A stretch of 64,000 nt of DNA from assembly GCA_016211945.1 (NCBI GenBank), contig JACRHV010000004.1, forward strand, positions 263,472 through 327,471, given 5' to 3'. The notes below the pieces were generated by a model. It did not search any database. It saw nothing but the letters and a program-made list of their open reading frames with translations, and had not been told where the DNA came from. This stretch comes from Minisyncoccota bacterium (GTDB lineage Bacteria > Patescibacteriota > Microgenomatia > UBA1400 > UBA12028). This document shows positions 7,783 through 17,701 of the stretch, one piece after another. Every line of letters begins with the position of its first letter. Position 1 is the stretch's first letter. The position numbers and the translations under genes were made by a program.

Positions 7783-9167
7783 GTTTTCTCCGTTTGTGTA
7801 GGATCTTTCAAAAAGATACGAAGAAGCGTTCGCGTGACAACAATACCAGTAAATAATCCTACAAGAATTCCCAAGGCTAGGGTAAGTGCGAAACCCCGAA
7901 CCATACCGCTACGATTCAAAAACTCAAACTCAAACGGATTAAAAAGAATGAAACTTGTAAATAGTGTTGCAACGTTTGCGTCTTTAATACTGTCCCACGC
8001 TCGGCCAAATCCCAATCGCATTGCTAGATCGAACGGCTTGCCCAGTCGCAGTTCTTCCTTCATCCGTTCAAAGATTAAAATATTACTGTCCACCACCATC
8101 CCAATAGACAACAAAAGACCGGCAATACCGGGTAATGTTAAGGTAATTGGCATCAATTTATAGATCGCAATCGTGATGAGGGCGTACATCGCAAGTGCGA
8201 GATCGGCCAACATACCTTTCCAGCCGTACAACAGAATCATAAAAAGCGCGACCAACCCAACACCGATAAGTCCAGCACGAGCCGTCTTCTCAACAGCTTC
8301 TTTTCCTAAACTCGCGCCAACCGTTTCCTGCTGCACAACCTGAATTGGGACCGGCAAGGCGCCTGCATTTAACTGCACACTAAGTTGTTTTGCTGACTCA
8401 ACAGTAAACCCGCCACTAATTTCTGCGATCCCACTCAAAATCGCCTCGTTCACACTCGGAAGTGTCACCGGAAAATCATCCAAAAAGATACCCACGCGTT
8501 TTCCAACATTACGTGCGGTGATTTCACCAAACTTTTTCTTCCCTTCATCGCTAAACTCCAAGGTCACAATCGGCTGTGCATTTTTACTACTGAACTGCAC
8601 TCCCGATCGTTTTAAGTCTTTCCCTGTCAACCCCGTGGGGAGAAAGTTCGCAAACGGATCTTGCTGAACTTGTGCTTGAGTCTGAGGTTTTGCCGACTGT
8701 GTAGACTCTTCACGAAAATCAAGTTGCGCCGTCGTACCAATCAATGCAACTGCCTGCGACGCATCGGTTACTCCAGGCAATTCCACAATAATACGATAGG
8801 TATTACCTGAAAACGATGTCTTAATAGTAGACTCACTCACACCATACAAATCAACACGACGAGCAATAATTTCGCGCGCACTTTGAAATGCAGACTCTCT
8901 ATCTGTTTGCGCAATCTTGCTCATATCTGCTTCTAGCACCACACGCGTTCCGCCTTGAATATCCAAACCCATCTTTAACTCCAAATCGCGCTTAAACGGG
9001 ATGTTATACTTTGATAAATCGAGAGCAGGTCGATCAAACTGATTCGAAATATCGATATTTTTCCAATGCAACTCAATAGGTACTTTTGCGGGCAATGCAA
9101 TAACCAAACATACAGCAGCCAAAAGAATAAGAAACACCAGTGTTTTTAATGGCAGTTTGTTTTTCAT
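7779..9167 (-). CDS. secD: Protein translocase subunit SecD
   Basis: GLDIQGG, GALP, LTLPGIAG, DSNILIFERMKEE, GFALTL. Confidence 0.95.
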   Translation of the reverse strand: MKNKLPLKTLVFLILLAAVCLVIALPAKVPIELHWKNIDISNQFDRPALDLSKYNIPFKRDLELKMGLDIQGGTRVVLEADMSKIAQTDRESAFQSAREIIARRVDLYGVSESTIKTSFSGNTYRIIVELPGVTDASQAVALIGTTAQLDFREESTQSAKPQTQAQVQQDPFANFLPTGLTGKDLKRSGVQFSSKNAQPIVTLEFSDEGKKKFGEITARNVGKRVGIFLDDFPVTLPSVNEAILSGIAEISGGFTVESAKQLSVQLNAGALPVPIQVVQQETVGASLGKEAVEKTARAGLIGVGLVALFMILLYGWKGMLADLALAMYALITIAIYKLMPITLTLPGIAGLLLSIGMVVDSNILIFERMKEELRLGKPFDLAMRLGFGRAWDSIKDANVATLFTSFILFNPFEFEFLNRSGMVRGFALTLALGILVGLFTGIVVTRTLLRIFLKDPTQTEKT

Positions 9168-9763
9168 GGGAGCGCTGGTTTTCTTGAAAGCATGTCCTCT
9201 TCGTCACCAATCACCATGACGCGTGGAAGTTCAAGGATGCCGATTAAAAACGGATCGCGACGTGTTTTGCGAAACTCAAGTTCTTCCTCGCTCATCACCG
9301 TGTAGTTTATTTCACGCCCACGAGTTTTTTCCTCTTCTCGTACGAGCGCCGCTAGCTCCGGTAAAACAATATCACCGACAACTAAAATATCCACCTCATC
9401 GTGCATACGCTGTTCGTGTTTGGCAAACTTTCCGGTAAACATCACATATTTCACTGTTCCTAATTTTTTCCGATTTTTTTTGATTTCATGTCCCAAACCA
9501 GTGGTTTTTGCAACCAAACGGGTGAGCTCTGAATAAAACTCGTATCCACGATTGAGTGTGTAGTATTTGCGATTTCCACGATCTTCACATCGCACCATGC
9601 CGGCTGTTGTCATACGATCAAGCTCGCGACGAACAGCATTAATCTCCTCGTCAATCTTTCGCGTCATCTCACGCACATACCACATTTCACTGGGATTCTC
9701 GAAGAAAAGTTGGAACAATTTTACGCGGACCTTGGACAAGATAAAATCTGATAACTCTGCCAT
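9164..9763 (-). CDS. Winged-helix HTH plus nucleotidyltransferase-like domain protein
   Basis: N-terminal HTH (YVREMTR..INAVRRELDRM..GNRKYY); C-terminal MFTGKF..EVDILVVG..GREINY. Confidence 0.75.
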   Translation of the reverse strand: MAELSDFILSKVRVKLFQLFFENPSEMWYVREMTRKIDEEINAVRRELDRMTTAGMVRCEDRGNRKYYTLNRGYEFYSELTRLVAKTTGLGHEIKKNRKKLGTVKYVMFTGKFAKHEQRMHDEVDILVVGDIVLPELAALVREEEKTRGREINYTVMSEEELEFRKTRRDPFLIGILELPRVMVIGDEEDMLSRKPALP

Positions 9764-9836
9764 AGTTGGCCCTCACTATACACGATTTTTTTGAAAACGA
9801 AAAGTACTCAAAAACACAACTATTTCGCTCTATATC

Positions 9837-11048
9837 TCAATACGTCGGTTTTATTTCCATGTTCACAACAGAAATCCAGATTGGACCTCGAGCAAACTTC
9901 ACTGGTTTGCCTCCAGCCGAAAACGTCATACGTGATTCACGGTCTTTCTTTGACCATGTCGCTTCTATAGCATTACCGTTCTGGAATATCCATGCTTTCC
10001 CTGTGCCACCAGTCACAATGTAATTGTGTTTGTGCACATCGACCGACGGATATTCTTTGGTCTGAATCACCACCACATTTTTCATCTCAATTTGCGCGTT
10101 CGTATTGAGGTCTAGGTGTGGCTCTCCCCCCATCACGCGCTTGTACATGTTTGTTGCAAGGTTATAGTCCCACTCAACAGTAAAATCTTTATATCCTGTC
10201 CAGAATTCGTAGGCTACCTTGTTTACTGTCCCTCGCGAACCTGAAGCCGCCTCATCCTGGAATAGCCACTTGACGAACTTGTCACGCCAATCTGCTCCCG
10301 GGACTATTTTCCCTCGTACCTTCGTGTCCGGGCTCATGTTTGTGTATTTGCGTTTTTCACCGAGCGCCCACAGCCGTTCTGTGCTGGACTCCATGGTGTG
10401 TTCTGTCGCCAAGTCCTCTTTATCTGGCAAACGATTGTAGTTGCGGACAAATGTTGGATAGCCTATGGAGAACTGGTTGAGATCATTGCGCAGTGTCCAT
10501 CCGTAGTCACTCAAATGTTCCAGTGCGCGGACGCGCGGATCGGTATCATCACCATTTGATCCACCCACGTGCGCATACAACGGCATGTTGTACTCAGAAG
10601 CCATATCCAAGAAAAACTGGCGAGCAGAACGAACCGGTGCGATGATCGTGTCTTTTGCCTGCGCCTCACAGTAAAAGATCGGCATGAATCTGGTGATACC
10701 ACCCTCAACAACCGCTTCATACACAATGTCAGCTCTGCTCAAACCGGATTGAGGCCGCGCTTCCGTGTGATTTTCTATCATGACCGCGAGTGGACGACGA
10801 GTATCCCACGACTCCCGCTCGGTGACGGTGTACATTTTCCCGTTGAGCGGACATTCCTCTGTTTTTGGCGCTTCAGGGGCAACCGCTAATCGGTTGGATG
10901 GATCTGCTGTTGGAACTGCGGTTTGTTCAATTTGTGCTGGATTGATCAGACTTGAAGAAGAGTCCCCACTCACCATACTGAACACGGCAAACGTTCCAGC
11001 GGCTGAGATGAGATAGGCCAATAGTGCGGGAAGAATAACGCGTTTCAT
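9837..11048 (-). CDS. DUF3048-family exported protein
   Basis: RPLAVMIENH..ARPQSGL..ADIVYE..EGGITRF, PVRSAR; N-terminal TM. Confidence 0.85.
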   Translation of the reverse strand: MKRVILPALLAYLISAAGTFAVFSMVSGDSSSSLINPAQIEQTAVPTADPSNRLAVAPEAPKTEECPLNGKMYTVTERESWDTRRPLAVMIENHTEARPQSGLSRADIVYEAVVEGGITRFMPIFYCEAQAKDTIIAPVRSARQFFLDMASEYNMPLYAHVGGSNGDDTDPRVRALEHLSDYGWTLRNDLNQFSIGYPTFVRNYNRLPDKEDLATEHTMESSTERLWALGEKRKYTNMSPDTKVRGKIVPGADWRDKFVKWLFQDEAASGSRGTVNKVAYEFWTGYKDFTVEWDYNLATNMYKRVMGGEPHLDLNTNAQIEMKNVVVIQTKEYPSVDVHKHNYIVTGGTGKAWIFQNGNAIEATWSKKDRESRMTFSAGGKPVKFARGPIWISVVNMEIKPTY

Positions 11049-11515
11049 GAATGTCCTTTCATAGCTTGAGTGATAGCCTCTTGCTCTTCTTTCGAAAAAT
11101 CTTGTTTCTTGCCATTTTTCTGACGGATTTCCTTTGCGTACACTCGCGTCAAATCACGGCTATGCAGTGATGTTAGCACATATCCATCGTTGTCTGCATT
11201 AAGCAAACTCATCGAAAAACTTTGATTTCCACCCGTATCATCGAATGGATTGAATCGAACCATTGCGTATTTTTGAATGTTCTTTTTTGAGAGATCCTGG
11301 TGTTTTTCCAGGTTAAGGCGGAGTGTTTTTATTTCTTCCTGTTGTTTATTGAGTTTACTATCGATCAACTCAAGGATTGTTTTGAGATCTTTTTTACTAA
11401 CACCAGTAGTAAGAAGTTTAAACACTTGTTGTTGTTTTACGTACAGCACAGTGAGAGCTAAATACCAAAATACACTTAATCCTACGACAACGAGAAGCAT
11501 TACTTGTATATCCAT
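11045..11515 (-). CDS. DUF4446-family membrane-anchored protein
   Basis: TM, coiled coil, VRFNPFDDTGGNQSFS..GYVLTSLHSR..RVYAK. Confidence 0.85.
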   Translation of the reverse strand: MDIQVMLLVVVGLSVFWYLALTVLYVKQQQVFKLLTTGVSKKDLKTILELIDSKLNKQQEEIKTLRLNLEKHQDLSKKNIQKYAMVRFNPFDDTGGNQSFSMSLLNADNDGYVLTSLHSRDLTRVYAKEIRQKNGKKQDFSKEEQEAITQAMKGHS

Positions 11516-11552
11516 CACTCCATTGTATGAGTGATATGGTAGACTTGTCCAT

Positions 11553-11795
11553 ATGGGACAGCACAGGACGCGCGAGCAAAAAGAGAAGGCTGCGGCAAGG
11601 CGAATTCAGCAACCAACCGTTACCTATTCGTTGGCTGGTTTGACACCAATTGAGAGGCGGGGTGTTGTTTCAGCAAAACAACAGGCGGAACAGAAAGAGT
11701 TTGTGAACTATTTTCGACATGACATGGTAAAAACGTTGGTGGTGTGCTTGGTGATTGCCGGGATCATTGCAGGGTTGTGGTTGAAACTTCGATAG
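11553..11795 (+). CDS. Small protein with C-terminal TM helix
   Basis: 80-aa ORF, basic N-terminus, hydrophobic C-terminus. Confidence 0.65.
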   Translation: MGQHRTREQKEKAAARRIQQPTVTYSLAGLTPIERRGVVSAKQQAEQKEFVNYFRHDMVKTLVVCLVIAGIIAGLWLKLR

Positions 11796-11861
11796 TGATG
11801 GATGTATCAATTTTTCTTTACTTGGTGGTGTACAATATTGGCATAAAGAAAATGGAGGTTT

Positions 11862-12221
11862 ATGCCACCAAGATTAGATAAGTTGACTCGCATAGACAGA
11901 TTGTATTTCGAGGTTGCAACATTGAATGCGGACGGATTCTTTCGAGGTTTTCTTAAAAAATATCCAGAAACCTTTAATTGTGAACATTACCATACTCCAG
12001 AAATGATCCAAAAAAGATTGGCTGAAGCAATCTTCTTATCATCCCTTTTACCAAGGCACTATACGATAACTTTTGTAAAAGCAGTCCCTCCTGTTGGCAA
12101 TGTTAGCCGATCAGAAGTTCATACATTGCGGACAGGAACCGTTACATGGAGTTTGTGGGCAGAATTTGCTGATCAACGGGGAGTGGCATGCTACTTTGCA
12201 AAAACTGAGGCTCAACAATAA
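11862..12221 (+). CDS. Hypothetical protein
   Basis: GGAGG SD, TACAAT -10 at 11831-11836. Confidence 0.6.
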   Translation: MPPRLDKLTRIDRLYFEVATLNADGFFRGFLKKYPETFNCEHYHTPEMIQKRLAEAIFLSSLLPRHYTITFVKAVPPVGNVSRSEVHTLRTGTVTWSLWAEFADQRGVACYFAKTEAQQ

Positions 12222-12228
12222 GAAAAAA

Positions 12229-13299
12229 CTACACCACCAACTTCCCCTCTTTCAAAATCGTTTTCCCGTCAGCAATGACAACACTTCCTTTTGAGGTCAT
12301 GTCTTTAATGATGTCCATGTGAATCGCGGATTTGTTGTATCCTTTACACTCCTCATACGCTTCGCCCAACGCCATATGCACGGTTCCCTGCATCTTTTCA
12401 TCAAATAGCACGTTGTACATATAGTTTCGTATTCCAGGATTGGCGCCAACCGCAAACTCACCGAGCCTCCGTGCACCTTCATCCGTATCCAAAATCTTGA
12501 TGAGAAAATCCTGGTTTTCTGATGCTGTCGCCTTCACAACTTTTCCTTTTTCAAAAAAGAGATGAATATCTCGAATCATTTTTCCTTGGCGGAGAAGTGG
12601 GTAGTTAAAGTACACCTCACCTTCTACGGAATCATCGACTGGCGCAGTAAACGCTTCACCATCTGGCATGTTGTACTGTCCAGCGCATGGGATAAACAGA
12701 CGGCCTTTGGCTGAAAGTTTGAGGTTTGTCTTTTCGCCACGCACTTCAATAAGTTTTGCATTTGTCATCATGTCTGCGAGTTTTTTGAGGCGTGCGTATT
12801 CTTTTTTCCAATCTCTATTACAGGCGTTATAGAAAAAGTCACAAAAATCCTCGTATCCCATGTTGGCGTCTTGGGCCATCGCGGGGGTCGGGTAGTAGGT
12901 AAGCACCCACGGCTTTTTAATACTGATATCACGAATAGGTTTGAGAATCTTGGATCGAACAAGCATTTTTTTAGAGTCTGCTTGTGAGAGTTCACGTGTA
13001 TTTTGATCTGCCACAATCGTGATTGACTTGTCCGACCATTCTGCTAAGAATTTTGCAATCTCCGGCTTTGCGGTAAGTTGTTTTTCTTTTGCGTGGTCGA
13101 AGTAATATTTTGTTGTGTTTTCATCGCCGATATCAATGTATGGAAGCGAACCTACATCAATAAGCTTCTTAAACACTTCGCGAGCAAGTGGAAGGCCGAG
13201 AGGAGTTGTTACCTTTACCCATACTTTATCTAACGGCTTTGCCTTAATGGAATAGTTCACAAGAATATCTGCGAGTTTCGTGTTGCGTGAGTCGGACAT
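12229..13299 (-). CDS. Aminopeptidase, M29 family (AmpS/AmpT)
   Basis: NMPDGEAFTAP, GEFAVG, LFDEK, HMALG, SAIHMD. Confidence 0.92.
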   Translation of the reverse strand: MSDSRNTKLADILVNYSIKAKPLDKVWVKVTTPLGLPLAREVFKKLIDVGSLPYIDIGDENTTKYYFDHAKEKQLTAKPEIAKFLAEWSDKSITIVADQNTRELSQADSKKMLVRSKILKPIRDISIKKPWVLTYYPTPAMAQDANMGYEDFCDFFYNACNRDWKKEYARLKKLADMMTNAKLIEVRGEKTNLKLSAKGRLFIPCAGQYNMPDGEAFTAPVDDSVEGEVYFNYPLLRQGKMIRDIHLFFEKGKVVKATASENQDFLIKILDTDEGARRLGEFAVGANPGIRNYMYNVLFDEKMQGTVHMALGEAYEECKGYNKSAIHMDIIKDMTSKGSVVIADGKTILKEGKLVV

Positions 13300-13362
13300 G
13301 ATTCGGATATCATATCATACGAGAGTTGCAAAGCTGTTTTTGTTGTGATAGTATTTTCGTTG

Positions 13363-13794
13363 ATGAGTCACGAAGAATTTCATACTGAACAAAATGAATT
13401 TTTCCTCCCTAAAGATTTACTTGGTTAGCACAGACCTCCACATCATCATTATGCGTATGCATACCCTGGGGAACAGCCTGAAGGCATTCGTTCAAGAATT
13501 CGCCAAGGAGTTGGAGGTCCAAAACATTTGGAGATTGATGCAGAAATACATGGTCATATCCACAAAGCAAAAGAGAGTCCACTTCGTATAGGGGAGATTG
13601 TTACTATGACTTTTCTCTATGGTGGGAGAAAAGAAACATGGAAAGTTATAGTTGATACTATCCATCAACAAGGAACTGTTGTTAGGGGAAGTGGTGATAC
13701 TCCCATGATAATCCAAAACGATCCAGAAAATATTGGGTACGAAATTACCGGATTTTGCGTAGAGCTTATTTCAAGTGAAACCATTACTCATTAG
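13363..13794 (+). pseudogene. Orphan gene interrupted by in-frame TAG (13426-13428)
   Basis: Promoter TTGCAA-N17-TAGTAT then ATG 13363, in frame with ORF 13528-13794 apart from one amber codon. Confidence 0.5.
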
Positions 13795-14375
13795 TTATAA
13801 TTTTGTAAATATTTCTTCATTTTCCCTAGCGCCTTCGCCCTATGTGAAATTGTATTTTTCACCTCATTCCCCAACTCACCAAATGTTTTCTCGTATCCAT
13901 TCGGAATAAAAATGGGGTCGTATCCAAACCCCCGGGACCCCCGCGGCTCTTCAGCAAGCTTTCCAACCACTTCACCAAAGAAACTGTTGTGCATCTGTGT
14001 AACTGGATCATATATAACAATGCATGACACAAACTTCGCTCCTCGCTTTGTTTGCCCTTCCATCGTCTTCAACAATTTTTGCACTCGCTCTTCATCACTT
14101 TTTGCGAATCGGGAAGAATATACTCCCAACTCCCCAGGAAGCGCCTCAACCTCGATACCAGAATCATCAGCTATCGTAAGAAGTCCAGAAATATCTCCCG
14201 CATGTTTTGCCTTGATCAGCGCATTCTCTTCATAGGTAGTTCCTGTTTCTTCCGGTTCGGGCACAGACAGGCTAATATCATCCAGAGTGAGAACCTCCCA
14301 CCCTATGGAACCGAGAACCTCCGAGATTTCTTTTTTCTTTCCCGCATTGTGCGTTGCAATCAATAATTTCTTCAT
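13791..14375 (-). CDS. rdgB: Non-canonical purine NTP pyrophosphatase (RdgB/HAM1)
   Basis: ATHNAGK, ENALIKA, DDSG, GFGYDPIF, SHR. Confidence 0.95.
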   Translation of the reverse strand: MKKLLIATHNAGKKKEISEVLGSIGWEVLTLDDISLSVPEPEETGTTYEENALIKAKHAGDISGLLTIADDSGIEVEALPGELGVYSSRFAKSDEERVQKLLKTMEGQTKRGAKFVSCIVIYDPVTQMHNSFFGEVVGKLAEEPRGSRGFGYDPIFIPNGYEKTFGELGNEVKNTISHRAKALGKMKKYLQNYN

Positions 14376-14398
14376 GGTGTTATCATACGAGCAGTGCT

Positions 14399-15043
14399 AT
14401 GCAACCGCAATCTTCTCTTCGTCATACATTAGAAATCTTACAAAAAACATACATCTCCCACCCCATGCATGAGGCGTTTCACCACGATCCATTTCAGATG
14501 CTCGTGGCAGTGATTTTGTCCCAACGCGCCACCGATGCAATGACTATTTCCGTTGCCCAAAAATTGTTTGAAGTTACGCCGACACCACAGGCTATTACTG
14601 CCCTCAATATGCAAGTCTTAGAAAAGATTATTCGCCCTATCGGCTTCTTTCACACAAAGGCTCTTGCGTTACAAAAACTATCACGCGTACTCATCGAAAC
14701 ATTTGACGGCAAAGTTCCAACCACAGAATCTGAGTTACTTTCTCTCCCGCAAGTCGGCAGAAAAACCGCGAACATCATGCTGACCTTATTCTTTCACACT
14801 CCACAGATTGCGGTCGATGTCCATGTGCATCGCATCACAAACCGGCTTGGATGGGTCAACACAAAAACAGTTGAGGAAACCGAACTTTCGCTTACAAAAA
14901 TAATTCCAAAAGATTTGATTTATGATGTGAATCGAGTGTTTGTCCGCCATGGACAAGAAATATGTAGACCAATAAGTCCGAAATGTTCAATTTGTCCTGT
15001 GCAAAAATATTGCAAGAAAGTTGGGGTCACACAGTCAAGGTAA
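14399..15043 (+). CDS. nth: Endonuclease III
   Basis: LSQRATD, LPQVGRKTAN, VDVHVHR, C-x6-C-x2-C-x5-C Fe-S motif. Confidence 0.93.
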   Translation: MQPQSSLRHTLEILQKTYISHPMHEAFHHDPFQMLVAVILSQRATDAMTISVAQKLFEVTPTPQAITALNMQVLEKIIRPIGFFHTKALALQKLSRVLIETFDGKVPTTESELLSLPQVGRKTANIMLTLFFHTPQIAVDVHVHRITNRLGWVNTKTVEETELSLTKIIPKDLIYDVNRVFVRHGQEICRPISPKCSICPVQKYCKKVGVTQSR

Positions 15044-15084
15044 AAAGCGGATATAAAGGTGTATACTGTAAAAAAGGAGGAGAA

Positions 15085-15339
15085 GTGGGAGGACTTAATG
15101 CGCTTAAGACTGGGGAAGTAGATGGATATCACGTGCGTTACGTTGCCCACAGTACAGATGGTCGAAGTGAGGAAGATGTTCATGCAGAATGTCGTGCTAT
15201 TTTAGAAAAGATTTCTCAATCAATGGCAACCGGGGAACTTATTCTTATGAGAAACGGAAATTCTTCTCAGGAACTTGTACACAAAAGTCATGTGGGCGAT
15301 CGTATCCAAAAAGGATGGGTTGTTGTTTCATTGAGGTAA
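15085..15339 (+). CDS. Small hypothetical protein
   Basis: TATACT -10, AAGGAGG SD, GTG start at 15085. Confidence 0.5.
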   Translation: MGGLNALKTGEVDGYHVRYVAHSTDGRSEEDVHAECRAILEKISQSMATGELILMRNGNSSQELVHKSHVGDRIQKGWVVVSLR

Positions 15340-15390
15340 ATCCACATCGTCACATTGCCCTCTTTCTCCCCCTTGGTATATAGTATCCCT

Positions 15391-16323
15391 ATGAACATTT
15401 CCTGTTCGTTCAAAGTTGCGATCGTTGGTCTTGGGAAGGTTGGGATGTCGGCGGCCTACGCAATGATGCTCGAAGGCACACCAACCGATATTATTCTCCT
15501 TGCACGTGATAAAGAGAAAGCGATTGGGGAAAAACTTGACCTCGAGCATGCACTTCCGTTTTTAGATTTTGTGAATATTATTGCAACAGATGATTATGCC
15601 GATCTCGCGGGTACCCATCTCGTGATTGTTACTGCGGGCGCCGCGCAAAAGCCTGGGGAAACTCGATTGGATTTGTGTGCAAATAACCGCGCCATCATGG
15701 CAGAGATCTTACCTAAAATTAACGCAGCTGCACCGGATGCAATTATCCTTATGATTGCAAATCCCGTCGATGTGTTGGTGCAGTTTGCCAACAGTATTTT
15801 GCCAAATGCAAAAGGTCGAATCTTTGGATCCGGCACCATGCTCGATACCGCTCGATTCCGTTTCCATCTTGCAGAAACGCTCCATGTGAATCCGAGAAGT
15901 GTCCATGCATACGTTTTGGGTGAACACGGCGACAGTTCTTTCCCCGTCTATGCAAATGCAACAGTTGGCGGACAAAAACTCATGGAGTTCCCCGGTATGA
16001 GCGCAGAAATTATTCAAGATGCGTACAAGAAAGCGCGCGAAGCCGCATATAACATTATCAAAGCAAAAGGTGCAACGTACTACGCGATCGGTGTGGTAGC
16101 AACCAAGATTATGGAGGCAGTGTTCTCTGATGCAAAAACTGTTCTCCCACTTTCTGTTCCACTGGATAATTACTATGGCCTTTCTGGAGTTTCATTGAGT
16201 GTTCCATGTATTTTGGGCGCGCGTGGCATTGAACAAGTGCTTCACCTTGATCTTTCACAAGAAGAGCAGGCAAATTTGAAAAAGTCAGCAGAAACACTTG
16301 CGCAATACAATAAAGAGTTATGA
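15391..16323 (+). CDS. ldh: L-lactate dehydrogenase
   Basis: GLGKVG, GAAQKPGETRLDL (Gln = lactate specificity), NPVD, LDTAR, GEHGDS. Confidence 0.92.
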   Translation: MNISCSFKVAIVGLGKVGMSAAYAMMLEGTPTDIILLARDKEKAIGEKLDLEHALPFLDFVNIIATDDYADLAGTHLVIVTAGAAQKPGETRLDLCANNRAIMAEILPKINAAAPDAIILMIANPVDVLVQFANSILPNAKGRIFGSGTMLDTARFRFHLAETLHVNPRSVHAYVLGEHGDSSFPVYANATVGGQKLMEFPGMSAEIIQDAYKKAREAAYNIIKAKGATYYAIGVVATKIMEAVFSDAKTVLPLSVPLDNYYGLSGVSLSVPCILGARGIEQVLHLDLSQEEQANLKKSAETLAQYNKEL

Positions 16324-17168
16324 ACATTCTCAAAGCAAACGGACAACTCGAGCCTTTTGACGAACACAAGTTCCGCCGATCCTTACGACATGCACACATC
16401 TCAAAAGAGTTCCACGATCAAGTTGTTACATCAGTAACACAGTCACTCTATGAAGGTATTCCGACGCGTGAAATTTACAAACATGTGTATGACTTTTTAA
16501 ACGGAAATTTTCCCATGGGCTCTTGTACATATAATCTTAAGCAGGCGATTATGGAGCTTGGCCCCAGTGGGTATCCATTTGAACGATACGTTGGGAAGTT
16601 ACTGGAGCGGCAGGGATATCAAGTACGGGTTGGGCAGATGATTCGAGGAACATGTGTTGCACACGAGATTGACGTCCTCGCAGAAAAAGACCACGAGCAT
16701 TTTATGGTTGAGTGCAAGTTCCACAACGAACGTGGATTAAAATCTGATGTAAAGGTTGCGCTCTATGTATGGGCGCGATATCAAGATATTTTACAATCTT
16801 GGCTTGCCAAGGAGCCGGAGGAAGAAAAAGAAAAGTTGCACCAAGCTTGGCTGGTAACCAACACAAAGTTCAGCGAGGATGCGCTCCAGTACGGCCAATG
16901 CGTTGGGATGAAGATGGTGGGATGGAGCTATCCAGAAAAGGGAAATTTGCAGGAGTTGATTGAAAAGACCTGCCTTCATCCTATTACGAGTTTATCTTCT
17001 TTGGGTACTTCGCAAAAACAATATCTGTTGTCGCAAGACGTGGTGATTGCGACTGATCTGGAAACACGACAGGACGTTGTGGAAAATCTTCACTTGCCTT
17101 CTGAAACATTGACAGCATTACACAAAGAGCTTGAGATGTTAAAAACGTGTGTGTTGAGGGAAGAATAA
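16320..17168 (+). CDS. ATP-cone plus Mrr-like PD-(D/E)xK endonuclease domain protein
   Basis: N-terminal ILKANGQLEPFDEHKFRRSL (ATP cone); GYPFE, EIDVLA, VECK, VTNTKFS. Confidence 0.85.
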   Translation: MNILKANGQLEPFDEHKFRRSLRHAHISKEFHDQVVTSVTQSLYEGIPTREIYKHVYDFLNGNFPMGSCTYNLKQAIMELGPSGYPFERYVGKLLERQGYQVRVGQMIRGTCVAHEIDVLAEKDHEHFMVECKFHNERGLKSDVKVALYVWARYQDILQSWLAKEPEEEKEKLHQAWLVTNTKFSEDALQYGQCVGMKMVGWSYPEKGNLQELIEKTCLHPITSLSSLGTSQKQYLLSQDVVIATDLETRQDVVENLHLPSETLTALHKELEMLKTCVLREE

Positions 17169-17186
17169 GAGAGGTAACTGCTTACC

Positions 17187-17420
17187 CTACCTCTGTCCAC
17201 TCTCGGCGGCCGCTCTAGTTCTTTGTACTTCAGCCAACATTTCTGCAGCTTCTTTAGGATGTATGTCTGCATAAATAGCCCACGCTTCTCGTTTGGTTAT
17301 TGTCTTACCACTCGCAATGATAGGAAAAGCTACTGACTCTATAGCTTTTTGGAAGGAAGATTTTGGAAATTCAAGTTTTCCCCCGTTTCTTCTTGCTTCG
17401 TGAGTTGGACAAAGTGACAT
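17187..17420 (-). CDS. Small hypothetical protein (paralog of 17433-17660)
   Basis: GGAG SD; shared motif with neighbour. Confidence 0.65.
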   Translation of the reverse strand: MSLCPTHEARRNGGKLEFPKSSFQKAIESVAFPIIASGKTITKREAWAIYADIHPKEAAEMLAEVQRTRAAAESGQR

Positions 17421-17432
17421 ATTTCCTCCCGG

Positions 17433-17660
17433 TTATTTTTTTTCTTGCTGATTCGATCGAATAAATACTTCATATGCTGCGGCAACCACAGAATTTTCTG
17501 CCTTGAATTTTTCATATGCTGCTTGTCGTGTAATTCCTTCTGCCGTTGCTTGTGTTTGTATTTGCTCCGTAAGACTCTGAAAAAAAGCATAGGTCATTGG
17601 ACCTTCTCCATTTATCAAATTTATGTGCGTTCCACCTGGTAGTATGTTCCCTGTCCCCAT
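17433..17660 (-). CDS. Small hypothetical protein
   Basis: AAGGAGG SD, TATAAT -10 upstream. Confidence 0.7.
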   Translation of the reverse strand: MGTGNILPGGTHINLINGEGPMTYAFFQSLTEQIQTQATAEGITRQAAYEKFKAENSVVAAAYEVFIRSNQQEKK

Positions 17661-17701
17661 ATATCCCTCCTTTTCGTATTATTATATACCCACCTTCAAT
17701 C

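Noticed and set aside
13426-13428. Alternative genetic code (stop reassignment)
   Set aside because: TGA, TAG and TAA all terminate conserved genes at expected positions elsewhere in the window.
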